From Methanoregula sp. (GTDB lineage Archaea; Halobacteriota; Methanomicrobia; Methanomicrobiales; Methanospirillaceae), in assembly GCA_039698055.1 (NCBI GenBank), contig JBDKTL010000024.1, positions 4,264 to 68,263 on the forward strand: a DNA stretch of 64,000 nt, in the 5' to 3' direction. The notes under the pieces are model-generated. The model made no database searches, had not been told where the DNA came from, and was given only the letters and a program-made list of their open reading frames with translations. This document shows positions 38,661 through 48,712 of the stretch, one piece after another; position 1 is the stretch's first letter, and each line of letters starts with the position of its first letter. Made by a program: the position numbers and the translations under genes.

Positions 38661-39541
38661 TGCGATTCGTTCTCCTTTCCTACAGGTTCAGCCCCGATCC
38701 GGTCAATACAAACCTGGGCGTTGTCAATAAATGCCGGTGCAAGGCTCCCCCGGTAGTAATCCAGCCGTGCCGCAATTGCAAGTTTCCCGGCAAGCACCCG
38801 TGCAACTTTTCCACGAACCGCACGAGGAGCGTTATGCACCCTCCGGTGCTGGAAAATAATCCCGTGCTTTGGAGAGGGTGCATGTGTCCGCAGGTGTGCA
38901 AAAAGTGCGGTCCGGGCACCAAGCACCTGTATCGCGCTTCCCGGCATGCGGGAGAGATCTTTAAGCCCGCCGGCATGCGACAGGAGCCGGGCGGCAACAA
39001 GTCCACCGATCAATGCACTCGTGTTGGGCATTACGGCACATGCACGCCCGGATACTTCGCGGGCAAGCGCAGTCCGCGTGTCAGCGAGATGGGTAATTTC
39101 ACCTGCCACTTTTCCCAGTGCCCCACCCCGGTTCCGGTCAGCGATGCTCTTTACAAGCACGTGAGCCGGTGTCCTGCGGTATTTGCGGGAAAATGACGGG
39201 TGCCGGATCTGGTGCCAGTCGGCCACCCGCTCAGAAAGCAGGTTGATGACCGTATCCATTTCATCAAGCGTCCTTACCATCTGGAGCAGTTCCACATCTT
39301 TACCTGCATACTGCTCCCGCACTGCCAGTTCTGAACCTGCGATACAGACATCCTGGAGTTTTATGAGGTAATCCGCCCGGTCAGCGCAGGTTCCGCATGC
39401 CACCGCCAGTTGCCAGTCAGGGGGGACAAATCCATCCATACTGCCGCGAAGAGTGCGGACGCGGGCAGCAACTGCACTCAAATCGCCGTTGAAAGGTGTG
39501 CACTGCCCGTCATCTACATCTCCAAACCAGTAGGACTGCAT
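38657..39541 (-). CDS. nop5: C/D box RNP core protein Nop5 (Nop56/58 homolog)
   Basis: Nop domain motifs LIGGLVAARLLSHAGGLKDLSRMPGSAIQVLGA and KHGIIFQH. ATG at 39541 chosen; the track extension to 39616 overlaps the upstream gene. Confidence 0.85.
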   Translation of the reverse strand: MQSYWFGDVDDGQCTPFNGDLSAVAARVRTLRGSMDGFVPPDWQLAVACGTCADRADYLIKLQDVCIAGSELAVREQYAGKDVELLQMVRTLDEMDTVINLLSERVADWHQIRHPSFSRKYRRTPAHVLVKSIADRNRGGALGKVAGEITHLADTRTALAREVSGRACAVMPNTSALIGGLVAARLLSHAGGLKDLSRMPGSAIQVLGARTALFAHLRTHAPSPKHGIIFQHRRVHNAPRAVRGKVARVLAGKLAIAARLDYYRGSLAPAFIDNAQVCIDRIGAEPVGKENESQ

Positions 39542-39596
39542 GATAGAAACGTAAGGGAGCCCGGGTAAAAAAACAATGTATCCCCGGCACCTCTGG

Positions 39597-40811
39597 TCAG
39601 ATCCACCCGATACCAAATGAGTACAGCATCACCGGCACCATGATTGCGCCCATACAATACATCCTTGACACATTGACAAGATGGGGGACAAGACCCACAA
39701 TCACGGCAAGAAGGAGAATGAACATGCCAAATGGACCGGTGATGATAAGACATAAGGCCACAACGAACAGGATCACGACCCGGTTTAATGTCCGGCCATT
39801 AATCCCGTTAAGCCGTGTCGCAGAGCGGGAAAGCCCCACGGTGATGCAATATGCGGCACAAGCGGCAAGCACTCCGACAACCATGAGCTCGCTCATGGAA
39901 GGAAGCGGCAGTTCAGACAATGCTACCATCACCCCGTTACGCATCCGGGAAAGTGCGAACAATGCCGCAAGACCGATAAATGCATTTGCCGTATTTGCCG
40001 CACTCGTTGCAAGGATATAAGCCCGGCGATCCTTGTCATAGCCGGAGACAGAGGCCAGAACACCGTTTGCCGTCGCATTCGAAAGCCCGGGTAGCCAGCC
40101 TACCGCGATTCCTGCGAGCGTCCCAAGAATTGAACTCTTCACGACCGTTTTATTATCAATCCGTAAACCCCGGAAATACTGGTCAGGTATCGCGCCCTGC
40201 GAAGCCGTTAGCAGCACGGAAATCCCAAAAAGTCCGGTGAGCAGGGGCATAAGTAATGCGCTGTCACCGGCCAAGGTATGCCAGCTGAGATACGCGTAGC
40301 GAAGGGTAAAAATTCCAAGAATGCCGGATACTGCGAAGATCCCCCATGCCCAGCCGGGGGCTTCACTCATCACGATCATATACCCCACGACAGCAATGAG
40401 GAGAATGCCAATACCCCAGTCAAAGTATGGTTGCAGGGCAGGGAGAAAAATAAAACAGAGCACGGACAGCGGGACAGCGATGATGATCGCACACGCACTC
40501 CCAAGGGCAGCGATGCGCACAGCTTCCTCACCGTTTCCCTCAAGACAAAGGGCGTGCGCCGGGAGCACCGACAGGGACGTGTCCGCATCCGGAACACCAA
40601 GAAATGTACTCGGAATGCAATCCACAAATGTATGGGTTATGAGCGCGGCAAACATCGCCCCTGCGAGAGCGAGCGGGCCAAACACGGATACTAAGAAAAC
40701 CTGGAGACTCAACAGGACGCCCGCCAGTGTATTTGCATGCACACCGGGGATAAGGCCGCTTATCGTGCCAAGAACCACGCCAAGAAGCGTCCCGATCAGG
40801 ATCTCAATCAT
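39597..40811 (-). CDS. TctA/DUF112-like polytopic membrane protein
   Basis: 404 aa, more than 10 TM helices. The N-terminus MIEILIGTLLGVVLGTISGLIPGVHAN is typical of the DUF112 family. Confidence 0.6.
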   Translation of the reverse strand: MIEILIGTLLGVVLGTISGLIPGVHANTLAGVLLSLQVFLVSVFGPLALAGAMFAALITHTFVDCIPSTFLGVPDADTSLSVLPAHALCLEGNGEEAVRIAALGSACAIIIAVPLSVLCFIFLPALQPYFDWGIGILLIAVVGYMIVMSEAPGWAWGIFAVSGILGIFTLRYAYLSWHTLAGDSALLMPLLTGLFGISVLLTASQGAIPDQYFRGLRIDNKTVVKSSILGTLAGIAVGWLPGLSNATANGVLASVSGYDKDRRAYILATSAANTANAFIGLAALFALSRMRNGVMVALSELPLPSMSELMVVGVLAACAAYCITVGLSRSATRLNGINGRTLNRVVILFVVALCLIITGPFGMFILLLAVIVGLVPHLVNVSRMYCMGAIMVPVMLYSFGIGWI

Positions 40812-40889
40812 TACTTAAACGTGCAGGAGAAGGGACATAAATGAACCGAAATGCATACCATATTATCGTAACGAGGCGATGAATCCGTA

Positions 40890-41576
40890 ATGATTATTGC
40901 AGTCACCCGCCTTGCGGGAAAAGAGGAGAGTGATGCAAGCCGGTGCGCACAGTTCGGGCATTCCTGTTACAGCGTGCACCCGCTCCATTCAGAAATCAAG
41001 CAGGATGTCATCTCATCATTTGTCACCGCGGTTGATCGGGGGGAGTTTGACTGCCTGTTTTTTACCAGTGCCCTTCCGGCAAAACTCATCGCCCCCCATC
41101 TCAACCGGTTCCCCCGCGTGATTGCTATTGGCCCGCAGACCGCAAAAGAACTGCAACGGTTTGAAGTGGAATGCGAAACACTCCCCGGTTTCTACTCACG
41201 CGACTTTGTACCGTATCTTGGGGACTGGATCAAAGACAAAAATATTGGCATACCGCGGGCAGATGTGCCAAACTCCGCACTCATCGATGCCATCACCAAC
41301 GCCGGTGGCATCGCACACGAATTCCGCTGCTACCAGCTGACACCCACCGGGGAATCACTGAACCTTGATGATGCAGACGCAATTCTCTTTACCAGTGCAA
41401 TGTCATTTAAAAAAGCCATATGGACTGCACGCCCCAACATTCTTGTGATGGCAATCGGGGATATCACCGCCTCCGATATGCGCAAAGCGGGAACGAACCC
41501 TGTTGTTGTCGGGGACGGATCTCTTGAAGGGACGCTCACAGCGCTGAATGCCTACATCAAGCAAAAGGAACAATGA
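40890..41576 (+). CDS. hemD: Uroporphyrinogen-III synthase
   Basis: 228 aa two-lobed HEM4 pattern (CLFFTSALPAKL...VIAIGPQTAKEL...AILFTSAMSF...VMAIGDITA). Confidence 0.75.
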   Translation: MIIAVTRLAGKEESDASRCAQFGHSCYSVHPLHSEIKQDVISSFVTAVDRGEFDCLFFTSALPAKLIAPHLNRFPRVIAIGPQTAKELQRFEVECETLPGFYSRDFVPYLGDWIKDKNIGIPRADVPNSALIDAITNAGGIAHEFRCYQLTPTGESLNLDDADAILFTSAMSFKKAIWTARPNILVMAIGDITASDMRKAGTNPVVVGDGSLEGTLTALNAYIKQKEQ

Positions 41577-42529
41577 ATATGACCGCCTCTACCGAATCTG
41601 CCATCACATCCTTGGATATCCCCCTCTGGCATGGTGCCGGGATCATTTTAATCGATAAACCACGCGGCCCATCAAGCCATGAAGTTGCAGCATGGGTAGG
41701 AAAAATGCTCGGTTGCCAGGTGGGTCATGCCGGCACGCTCGACCCACAGGTTTCCGGTGTCCTTCTTGTCATGCTCGGTAATGCGGTACGCCTCGCACCG
41801 CTCCTGCTTAAACACAATAAAGAATATGTCTGCCTGATGCGTTTGCACGGAGATGTGGATAGTGAACGGATTATGCAGGCTGGCGCAGAGTTCACGGGCA
41901 GGATTTACCAGCGCCCGCCACGGAGAAGCGCGGTTAAACGCAATCTCCGAATCCGTGCAATCTACAATCTTGAGATTCGAAGCATTGAAGGCCGCCTGGT
42001 ACTTTTCCGTGCTGAATGTGAGGCTGGGACATACATTCGCTCACTCTGCCACCACATGGGTCTCGCCCTTGGCGTTGGGGCACACATGCAGGAGCTGCGC
42101 CGGACAAAATCAGGTGCATTCACAGAACAAATGTCACATTCACTTCATGCACTTCAGGATGCCTGTTATGCGGCTGCAAAAGGAGACCGGGCATCACTTC
42201 AATCCATGATCATTTCCGTAGATGCAGCAGTGCCGGACCTTCCCAAAGTAATTGTCAGAGATTTAGCAATTGATGCACTCTGTCGCGGGGCCGTGCTTGC
42301 CGGTGTGGGCGTTATACGCTGTGATGAATTTAAAAAAGCCCAGACCGTTGCAGTCCTCTCACAGAAGAATGAGTTTGTCGGTCTTGGAAGATCACTGGTA
42401 CCGTCTTCATCATTTAAGCCGGGCCAGACAGGGCTTGTAGTTGCCATGACCTCGGTATTCCTTCCACCAGGCACCTATCCCCGGGGCTGGAAAAAATCTG
42501 CCAAACCTGAAAAACCGGCAAAAAAGTGA
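41573..42529 (+). CDS. cbf5: tRNA/rRNA pseudouridine synthase Cbf5 (TruB family, H/ACA RNP catalytic subunit) with PUA domain
   Basis: GIILIDKPRGPSSHEVAAWV and GHAGTLDPQVSGVLLV (catalytic Asp) motifs. C-terminal PUA-like region. ATGA overlap with hemD. Confidence 0.9.
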   Translation: MNMTASTESAITSLDIPLWHGAGIILIDKPRGPSSHEVAAWVGKMLGCQVGHAGTLDPQVSGVLLVMLGNAVRLAPLLLKHNKEYVCLMRLHGDVDSERIMQAGAEFTGRIYQRPPRRSAVKRNLRIRAIYNLEIRSIEGRLVLFRAECEAGTYIRSLCHHMGLALGVGAHMQELRRTKSGAFTEQMSHSLHALQDACYAAAKGDRASLQSMIISVDAAVPDLPKVIVRDLAIDALCRGAVLAGVGVIRCDEFKKAQTVAVLSQKNEFVGLGRSLVPSSSFKPGQTGLVVAMTSVFLPPGTYPRGWKKSAKPEKPAKK

Positions 42530-42586
42530 TCGAATAAAGGGATACCATTAAAAAAATACCCGGCAAATATATGGGATACGCCTTTT

Positions 42587-42670
42587 GCTGAGGTAGTCTA
42601 GCGGTAGGGCGCAGGCCTGGAAAGCCTGTGGTGCGAAAGTGCCTCGGGGGTTCAATTCCCCCCCTCAGCG
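42587..42670 (+). tRNA. tRNA-Ser (anticodon GGA), long variable arm
   Basis: Acceptor GCUGAGG/CCUCAGC, anticodon arm CAGGC-CUGGAAA-GCCUG, variable arm GGUGCGAAAGUGCCUC, T-arm GGGGG-UUCAAUU-CCCCC. Confidence 0.9.
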
Positions 42671-42831
42671 TAGTATCATTTTGATTATGATTTTTTTGTT
42701 GAATCCCCCGTTTCCGGCAACAAAGAGAATCGTTCGGAGATTGCGAGGTAATTGCGGGTCTTGATTCCCTCGTTCTGCGATATAAACCACCAAAAAAAAG
42801 AAAATTTAAAACTTATCTGTTGTGATCGGCA

Positions 42832-43416
42832 TCAGCAGGTCCCGCCAAACTCCCTGCCAAGATCAAAGGCTTTCATATTGATCTCAACTGTTTTTTGGGG
42901 CACGAGTTTTTTGACTGCCTCCCGTAGTGACTCAGGCTTGAGCGGGAGGTCATGCGACGCCGCTCCCAGGATGACCACGTTCTGGGTCAGCGGGCTTCCT
43001 GCCTTAAGCGCAATCTGGTCTGCGTCGATCAGGCAGAGATTGAACTTCTTCAGCTGCGCGATGATCTCATCCTCATTAGGTGCTGGGATTTTTTGGGTGA
43101 ACACTGAGGTAGGTATGACAAGATGCCGGTTAACCACCATCTTCCCGCCTTCTTTGAGATAATGCGAATAGCGGAGTGCCTCCAGCAGATCAAAAGAAAT
43201 TAAAAGTTCCGCGTGACCCGGTTCAATCAGCGGTCCGAATTCGCCATCGATCCGGATCTGGCTCTCCACTGATCCCCCGCGCTGCGCCATCCCATGAGTC
43301 TCAGCGCCTTTGATATGCCTTCCTTCAATCAGGCATGCTTCTCCCAGGATATTTGAGGCAAGAATTGTTCCCTGGCCGCCAATACCAACAATCATCACGT
43401 CATAGCTACGGGTCAT
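42832..43416 (-). CDS. iorB: Indolepyruvate:ferredoxin oxidoreductase subunit beta
   Basis: MTRSYDVMIVGIGGQGTILASNILGEA is a typical IorB start. ATG at 43416 makes an ATGA overlap with the iorA stop. Confidence 0.85.
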   Translation of the reverse strand: MTRSYDVMIVGIGGQGTILASNILGEACLIEGRHIKGAETHGMAQRGGSVESQIRIDGEFGPLIEPGHAELLISFDLLEALRYSHYLKEGGKMVVNRHLVIPTSVFTQKIPAPNEDEIIAQLKKFNLCLIDADQIALKAGSPLTQNVVILGAASHDLPLKPESLREAVKKLVPQKTVEINMKAFDLGREFGGTC

Positions 43417-45224
43417 CGATTTCCCTCCCGGACAATCGCGCCAACCGGACAAATCTGGACACAGACGGCACAACCGCTGCACAAATCATTGATCAGCGCT
43501 TTTTCTTCGACAAGCTCAATTGCGGGGCAACCGAACCGTACACAGGTTCCACATCCCGTGCAGATCTCTGGATCAACCATATAATGTGCCCGTTTGACTC
43601 CACAACGGCGCGCCATTATCACGCACATCTGCTTGGCGATGATAACCTTGACTCCATCTCTCTTTTTGGCGTCCTCCAGCACCCGTAGCATGCCGGTAAG
43701 ATCATAAGGGTCGATTGTCTCAACAAAATTCACACCGCTGGCCCGGCACAGCGCATCAAGAGAAACCGGTGGAGTTGCCACCCCAGTGGCTGTAACACCA
43801 GTATTCGGGTTTGGCTGGTGCCCGGTCATCGCCGTGATACGGTTGTCGAGGATAACAACCGTCATATTTGCGCCATTGTACACCGCGTTTATAAGGCCCT
43901 GAATGCCGGTGTGCAGGAACGTAGAATCTCCAATCGTACAGACAATATCGTGTGGATCTCCGGAATGGGCGATACCGCTTCCCACCGTGATCGACGCGCC
44001 CATGCAGATCGTGGTGTCAACCACACCAAGCTGAATACCGAGGGTATAACACCCGATATCGCTGGGATAAATCGCGTCCTTGAACACTTTTTTTATGGCA
44101 TAGAACGCCGCACGGTGGTGGCAGCCGGCACAAAGGATGGGAGGACGCAACGGAAGATTCTGTATGGGTTCGGGAATCATGTCCATTGATGCCGGTAGAA
44201 ATCCCGCTTTTCTCATAATCCCGGCAACCACCTGAGGGGATAGTTCCCCTTCATACGGGGCATACCCGTTCTTCTTGCCAAAAACCGGAACACACTTGGC
44301 AACCTGTCGCACAATCTCTTCCACAACCGGTGCCAGTTCTTCAATAACGAGAATTTTTTCGTGTTTTTGTATGAATTCCTCCAGCCATTCTTCATCAATC
44401 GGGTATGCTCCGATTTTTAAGAACGAAACATCGGACGGCAGAAGTTCCTGTACATACGTGGCACCAATCCCGCTTGCAATAATTGCAGTTTTCCCGCCAT
44501 ACGTGAACCAGTTATATCCACGTTCTACGAGTCGTTTTCTGATGGCGGGCTGTTTTTCATTGAGTTTTTTATGGAGAATCCGGGTATGGGCAGGGATTAC
44601 AACGTATTGACGCGGATCTTTATGGAATTCGCCCTTTCCCGAGCCCGCAACCGGATCACCCAATTGAACGTCACCTTTAGAGTGACAGATGCGTGTAGTG
44701 GGGCGGAACAATACCGGAAGCCCGAACTCCTCAGAGAGCGAAAATGCATCACGCGCCATATCGTGCGCCTCCTGCACACTTGCCGGATCAAGGCAGGGAA
44801 CGCGGGCAAAGTGCGCATAGCACCGGGTATCCTGTTCATTCTGGGAACTGTGCGCGAACGGATCATCTGCGCTCATAATCACTAAACCACCGGTCACGCC
44901 GGTATATGCACTGGTCATCAGCGGATCTGCAGCAACGTTCAGGCCCACATGTTTCATCGTGCAGAGCGCCCGTATGCCGCACCATGCAGCTGCAAGAGCA
45001 TTCTCCAGTGCCACTTTTTCATTTACCGACCATTCAATATGGTAAGACGGTTCTTTTTGCGCACGGAGGACATCGATCACTTCTGATGACGGCGTCCCCG
45101 GGTAACCGCTCACGAAATCAACACCCGATTCAAGACAGGCATGGGCAATTGCTTCGTTTCCGAGGAGATATTTTTGTTCCATAATCCCAGATCCGTATGA
45201 GATACGTGTTTTTTTAAGGCACAT
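43413..45224 (-). CDS. iorA: Indolepyruvate:ferredoxin oxidoreductase subunit alpha
   Basis: LLGNEAIAHACLESGVDFVSGYPGTPSSE, the TPP motif GDSTFLHTG, and C-terminal 2x[4Fe-4S] CTGCGTCV...CSGCAVCVQICP. An alternative ATG at 45182 (MEQKYLLG) is possible. Confidence 0.9.
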   Translation of the reverse strand: MCLKKTRISYGSGIMEQKYLLGNEAIAHACLESGVDFVSGYPGTPSSEVIDVLRAQKEPSYHIEWSVNEKVALENALAAAWCGIRALCTMKHVGLNVAADPLMTSAYTGVTGGLVIMSADDPFAHSSQNEQDTRCYAHFARVPCLDPASVQEAHDMARDAFSLSEEFGLPVLFRPTTRICHSKGDVQLGDPVAGSGKGEFHKDPRQYVVIPAHTRILHKKLNEKQPAIRKRLVERGYNWFTYGGKTAIIASGIGATYVQELLPSDVSFLKIGAYPIDEEWLEEFIQKHEKILVIEELAPVVEEIVRQVAKCVPVFGKKNGYAPYEGELSPQVVAGIMRKAGFLPASMDMIPEPIQNLPLRPPILCAGCHHRAAFYAIKKVFKDAIYPSDIGCYTLGIQLGVVDTTICMGASITVGSGIAHSGDPHDIVCTIGDSTFLHTGIQGLINAVYNGANMTVVILDNRITAMTGHQPNPNTGVTATGVATPPVSLDALCRASGVNFVETIDPYDLTGMLRVLEDAKKRDGVKVIIAKQMCVIMARRCGVKRAHYMVDPEICTGCGTCVRFGCPAIELVEEKALINDLCSGCAVCVQICPVGAIVREGNR

Positions 45225-45322
45225 ATCCCTATCTAATTATTCACTAGCTGTGCATTTTCGGATTCACAACCTATAAAAACTCTGGTGGAGTAGTTATTAG
45301 GGTAAATTTCCATTGTCATTTT

Positions 45323-45396
45323 GGGCCCGTAGCATAGCTCGGTGGTGCGCCCGGCTGATAACCGGGAGGTCATGCGTTCAAATCGCATCGGGCCCA
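45323..45396 (+). tRNA. tRNA-Ile (anticodon GAU)
   Basis: Acceptor GGGCCCG/CGGGCCC, anticodon arm CCCGG-CUGAUAA-CCGGG, T-arm AUGCG-UUCAAAU-CGCAU, discriminator A. Confidence 0.9.
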
Positions 45397-45437
45397 TTTC
45401 TGTTGTTTTATTATAGTTTTTATGCGTACAGGATGTC

Positions 45438-45893
45438 ATGGAGAAAAACCATTCAATTATTCTTCTGGCCGGAATTCTTGTCTGCGCAACCTGTTTTTTT
45501 ATCAATATTTACCTTGGCGGAATAGCGGCAATCATTCTGGTGGCATTGGCGATGTCATTTTTTATCTTTGAAGATGCGAAGGTTCTGCCGGAAATTTCGG
45601 TGCGACTCCATGCAGATGCAAAACAGGTTATCGTTTCCAATGGGGGGACCGCAACCGCATATAAAATCCATGTCGCGATTGTTCCGCATGATATTGAATA
45701 TGATATTGCTGGTCTTGAACCGGATAAAAGCCACGGGCACCCGCTTGACCATATGATTAATGAGGCAAAATCAGTCATCAGTTACGAAGACGCAGAGGGC
45801 AATCACTATACCAAAACATCGAAACTTTCTGCATTGGGCGATAGCGAGGACGACCTCCTCAAACCAATGTTTCCGCTTTTTAACTGGAAATAA
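45438..45893 (+). CDS. Hypothetical membrane-anchored protein
   Basis: 151 aa with two N-terminal TM helices followed by a soluble ~95-aa domain. I recognise no family. Confidence 0.45.
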   Translation: MEKNHSIILLAGILVCATCFFINIYLGGIAAIILVALAMSFFIFEDAKVLPEISVRLHADAKQVIVSNGGTATAYKIHVAIVPHDIEYDIAGLEPDKSHGHPLDHMINEAKSVISYEDAEGNHYTKTSKLSALGDSEDDLLKPMFPLFNWK

Positions 45894-45907
45894 ATAAATA
45901 AATAATA

Positions 45908-46438
45908 TTACTGTTTGCGGGCAAAAATATACCCGATAACCTTGTCAAGCGCTTCAATAAGTTCTTTTTCCGCTTTCAGGTAGTCATGCATTGCCTGGTA
46001 GAGCATAATCATAACATCGTAGCCGTATATCTCAATTGCTGACTCCGGGTCGATGGGATTGAGATATGAATCAGTGATAAACCCATCGGAGCTGTACATC
46101 AACTCAAAGAATTTTCCTTCCTCAGAAAGTACACAAAACTGGTCGGTGATTTTTTTTGCAGGATTGTCAGGACGGAAATCCGCGGGGTCGGTTTTCCCGA
46201 GGATGATCATTTTTGAGGTATGATAACTGGCATCGTAAAGCTCGTTTTTGGTATCCTGCTTGCCAATCTTGAGCAGGTTTAACCCGACGGATTTCACCAC
46301 AGGCAATGCTGAAATCCCCATGCGCCCCAGAAGTTTTCCGTCATGGGTTTTAATCTCTTCAGAAAGGTTTGCCTCCTTCTTTTTCATCTCGTCAATTTTC
46401 TTCAATATTGCGTTAAAACCAGTTTCAATTGCATCCAT
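45908..46438 (-). CDS. Hypothetical protein
   Basis: 176 aa, soluble, with helical N- and C-terminal segments. I recognise no family. Convergent with 45438-45893. Confidence 0.45.
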   Translation of the reverse strand: MDAIETGFNAILKKIDEMKKKEANLSEEIKTHDGKLLGRMGISALPVVKSVGLNLLKIGKQDTKNELYDASYHTSKMIILGKTDPADFRPDNPAKKITDQFCVLSEEGKFFELMYSSDGFITDSYLNPIDPESAIEIYGYDVMIMLYQAMHDYLKAEKELIEALDKVIGYIFARKQ

Positions 46439-46551
46439 ATCATATCACCATTATCAGACATGTATCACGAAGGACATGAATAATTACCGTTCCGGCTAAT
46501 AAATCGCTCGGATTTTATACCATCTCCACCGTTCAACAACGGGGAAGACTA

Positions 46552-47817
46552 TCAGGAGACACGTTCACCGGTAAAAAAATAGTGTCGGTCATGCGTAATC
46601 CGGACATTTCCGGTGAAACCGAGGGGGAGATCTTCTTTGATCACTACACCCTGGTACGTTGGCGTTCTGGCCATTACGGAACCTTTCCGGAGTTTCTCTG
46701 TAACTATAACAGGCTGTATTGTCTCAAGAAGTGGTGCGTTAAGTGCTGTATATATTTTTTTAGCACAAGTGTTCAGGATTCGGGACCGGTCTTTTTTCAC
46801 GAAATCCGGGAAGTCTTTTTCCAAAAAGGGACCGGTGAACGGGCGGGCAGAATACCGCGTAATGTTTACTTTGTTGAGGCGCATCCGGTTGAGAAGCGCA
46901 AGGGACTGGTTGAAGTCATCAGGAGTTTCCCCGGGAAATCCCACTATCATATCAGTAACAAGACTGATATCCGGGTATCGGTTCCTGAAAGTTGATACAA
47001 TCTTTTTAAAATCCTGAACCGAATATCCCCGTTTCATCTGCGAAAGAACAGTGTCCGAGCCCGATTGAACAGGGAGATGAATAAACCGGAAAAGGTGATC
47101 GCCCCCTAAAACTTCGACCAGTTCCGGAAGGATAGGTTTTACTGTTGCAGGGTTTATCATGCCAATCCGGATTCGATAATTTCCGGGGATTGCAGTTAGT
47201 TTTTCCAGTAATGAGGGGAGTGTTCTTCCGAGATCCAGCCCCCATGAACTCAGGTCCTGCGCGGTAAGCTGGATTTCAGGGGCCCCGGCCCGGATAAATG
47301 CGCGGGTTTTATCGATGATCTCATCTTCAGAAAAACTTTTCAAAGGTCCGCGGGCGGTTCGCGTAATGCAGTAGGAACAGTTCCCCACGCACCCTTGTGC
47401 TACCTGAACAATACCTGCACCTCCGCATGATACGGTTTTTATACGGCTGTACACATCACGGATCATCTGTGGAGGGATGATCACCGGGGAACATACAGCA
47501 AAAATTGCCTCACGCTGCACCATGGACATGCACCCGGTCACAAAAAGAGGTTTGTCATCGAATTGTATGAGACGCCGAAGCATGCGTCTCTCGGTGGGCC
47601 CCACAACCGTGCAGGTATTAATAATAACAACATCTGACTTTTCTGGTGTCTCAACGATACTTGCGCCTATCTTTTTGAGAATTTCTACAAGGTTTGCAGT
47701 ATCGCCGAAATTATAAGTACACCCATATGTTTCGACATACACACGCTTTCCGGCAAGCGCCTGGAGTTCTGAGGGAATCTTAAGAGGAATGAGGTCTTTT
47801 TGGTCAATATCTGCCAT
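46552..47817 (-). CDS. Radical SAM methylthiotransferase, archaeal MiaB-like (MtaB/CDKAL1-type)
   Basis: UPF0004 N-domain (VYVETYGCTYNFGD), radical SAM motif CVGNCSYC and a C-terminal TRAM-like region. ATG at 47817 (MADIDQK) chosen over the track start at 47895. Confidence 0.8.
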   Translation of the reverse strand: MADIDQKDLIPLKIPSELQALAGKRVYVETYGCTYNFGDTANLVEILKKIGASIVETPEKSDVVIINTCTVVGPTERRMLRRLIQFDDKPLFVTGCMSMVQREAIFAVCSPVIIPPQMIRDVYSRIKTVSCGGAGIVQVAQGCVGNCSYCITRTARGPLKSFSEDEIIDKTRAFIRAGAPEIQLTAQDLSSWGLDLGRTLPSLLEKLTAIPGNYRIRIGMINPATVKPILPELVEVLGGDHLFRFIHLPVQSGSDTVLSQMKRGYSVQDFKKIVSTFRNRYPDISLVTDMIVGFPGETPDDFNQSLALLNRMRLNKVNITRYSARPFTGPFLEKDFPDFVKKDRSRILNTCAKKIYTALNAPLLETIQPVIVTEKLRKGSVMARTPTYQGVVIKEDLPLGFTGNVRITHDRHYFFTGERVS

Positions 47818-47930
47818 AATCGCACTATATTTTTCATTAGAGCGCCAACCAATAAAATATTCATAATTCCCCGGATGAAAAACCGGAATAAACACAACAA
47901 TTAACCAATGAAACCCATAATCTGTTTACC

Positions 47931-48689
47931 ATGATGAGAATCGGGCTGCTCGGCTGCGGTAATATCGGGCATATTATTGCACTGCATGCAGAGGGTTTCG
48001 AAGTCTCAGCGGTCTATGATAAAGTCTATCTGCGGGCGCAAGAGATCGCAGAACTTTCCCATGGACAAGCATACGAGAATTTTGAATCGTTCCTGAATGC
48101 AGATATCGATATCGTTGTAGAAGCAGCTTCTGTCAGTGCGGTAAAAGTGTATGCAAAAATGGTTTTATCCCACCGTAAAAATCTGGTCATCATGAGCGTC
48201 GGCGCACTTGCAGATCCGGCTTTCAGGAAAGACATCCACGATACAGCTAAAAAATTCGGACAAAAGGTCTATTTCCCGAGCGGTGCCATTTTCGGACTTG
48301 ACAATCTCAAGGTCGGCAGGATTTCCCCCATGAAGAAACTTCTCCTCCGTACAACAAAAAGCCCGAAATCGCTCGGGATTACTGCTGATTCGCGACAGAT
48401 CATTTTTTCCGGGAAAGCCAATGAATGTATCAAAGCATACCCAAAAAATGTCAATGTGTCAGTAGCGATGAGTCTTGCTGCCGGGCAGGAAGCCGATGTC
48501 GAACTCTGGGCGGATCCTCTTGTGGACAGGAACATCCATGAACTGTTTATTGAGGGGGATTTTGGGGAGACCTATATTAAAGTGACAAATGTCCCAAGCC
48601 CGGACAATCCTGCGACAAGTTACCTTGCGGCTCTTTCCATCCTCTCGCTGTTAAAAAATCTGGATGACCCGTTTGTGGTAGGAACATGA
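47931..48689 (+). CDS. nadX: L-aspartate dehydrogenase
   Basis: MMRIGLLGCGNIGHII Rossmann start, 252 aa, immediately upstream of nadC. Confidence 0.8.
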   Translation: MMRIGLLGCGNIGHIIALHAEGFEVSAVYDKVYLRAQEIAELSHGQAYENFESFLNADIDIVVEAASVSAVKVYAKMVLSHRKNLVIMSVGALADPAFRKDIHDTAKKFGQKVYFPSGAIFGLDNLKVGRISPMKKLLLRTTKSPKSLGITADSRQIIFSGKANECIKAYPKNVNVSVAMSLAAGQEADVELWADPLVDRNIHELFIEGDFGETYIKVTNVPSPDNPATSYLAALSILSLLKNLDDPFVVGT

Positions 48690-48712
48690 GGATTATTCCG
48701 GGGTAGCCCTGT

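Noticed and set aside
45233-45505. 90-aa minus-strand ORF and 70-aa plus-strand ORF overlapping tRNA-Ile. Likewise, the ORF at 57744-57974 overlaps tRNA-Asn.
   Set aside because: They overlap well-formed tRNA genes and have no coding signal.
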